64,000 bases of DNA, from assembly GCF_000143415.4 (NCBI RefSeq), contig NW_003314261.1, positions 2,305,266 through 2,369,265 of the forward strand, given 5' to 3'. This stretch comes from Selaginella moellendorffii (Eukaryota > Plantae > Lycopodiophyta). A program made the position numbers and the translations under genes. Below, in pieces: positions 63,526-64,000 of the stretch. The notes below the pieces were generated by a model. The model had not been told where the DNA came from, did no database searches, and saw nothing but the letters and a program-made list of their open reading frames with translations. Each line of letters starts with the position of its first letter. Within the stretch, counting starts at the first letter, position 1.

Positions 63526-64000
<475 letters not shown>

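Overview
Eukaryotic land-plant DNA. The 45-58 bp GT-AG introns, CCCTAAA repeats and plant Ty3/Gypsy features suggest a Selaginella-like lycophyte (inference). The window is almost entirely a nested transposon graveyard ending in the last exons of an ABCC/MRP transporter gene (minus strand, 63526-64000). A chromoviral Ty3/Gypsy element (A, 5' end upstream of the window, to 46999) hosts four insertions: an L1/Tx1-like LINE in its 5' LTR, a short-LTR Gypsy (B) in its RT, a large DNA transposon in its RNase H and a non-coding LARD-like element (C) in its integrase. A second copy of the same DNA transposon sits inside the LINE. The highlight is this transposon (2623-14349 and 25698-36325; 24-bp TIRs, 4-bp TSDs, Sola-like DDD transposase). 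Divergently from the transposase it carries a multi-exon cargo gene of about 1,600 aa that appears to fuse a ParB/DGQHR-like domain, a degenerate beta-class N6A/N4C DNA-methyltransferase fold and an FCP1/NIF HAD phosphatase-like domain. The element also contains about 20 copies of a 22-bp palindrome (ATGGCRTGWGGCCWCAYGCCAT), many inside tiny introns. Together these suggest a self-targeting (parS-like or anti-silencing) chromatin system. All domain calls come from motif recognition by eye and need HMM or structure confirmation. Further right lie a decayed AT-rich relic, a truncated chromovirus (D), a B-family fragment and a young minus-strand Gypsy (E) with a -1 frameshift pseudoknot.
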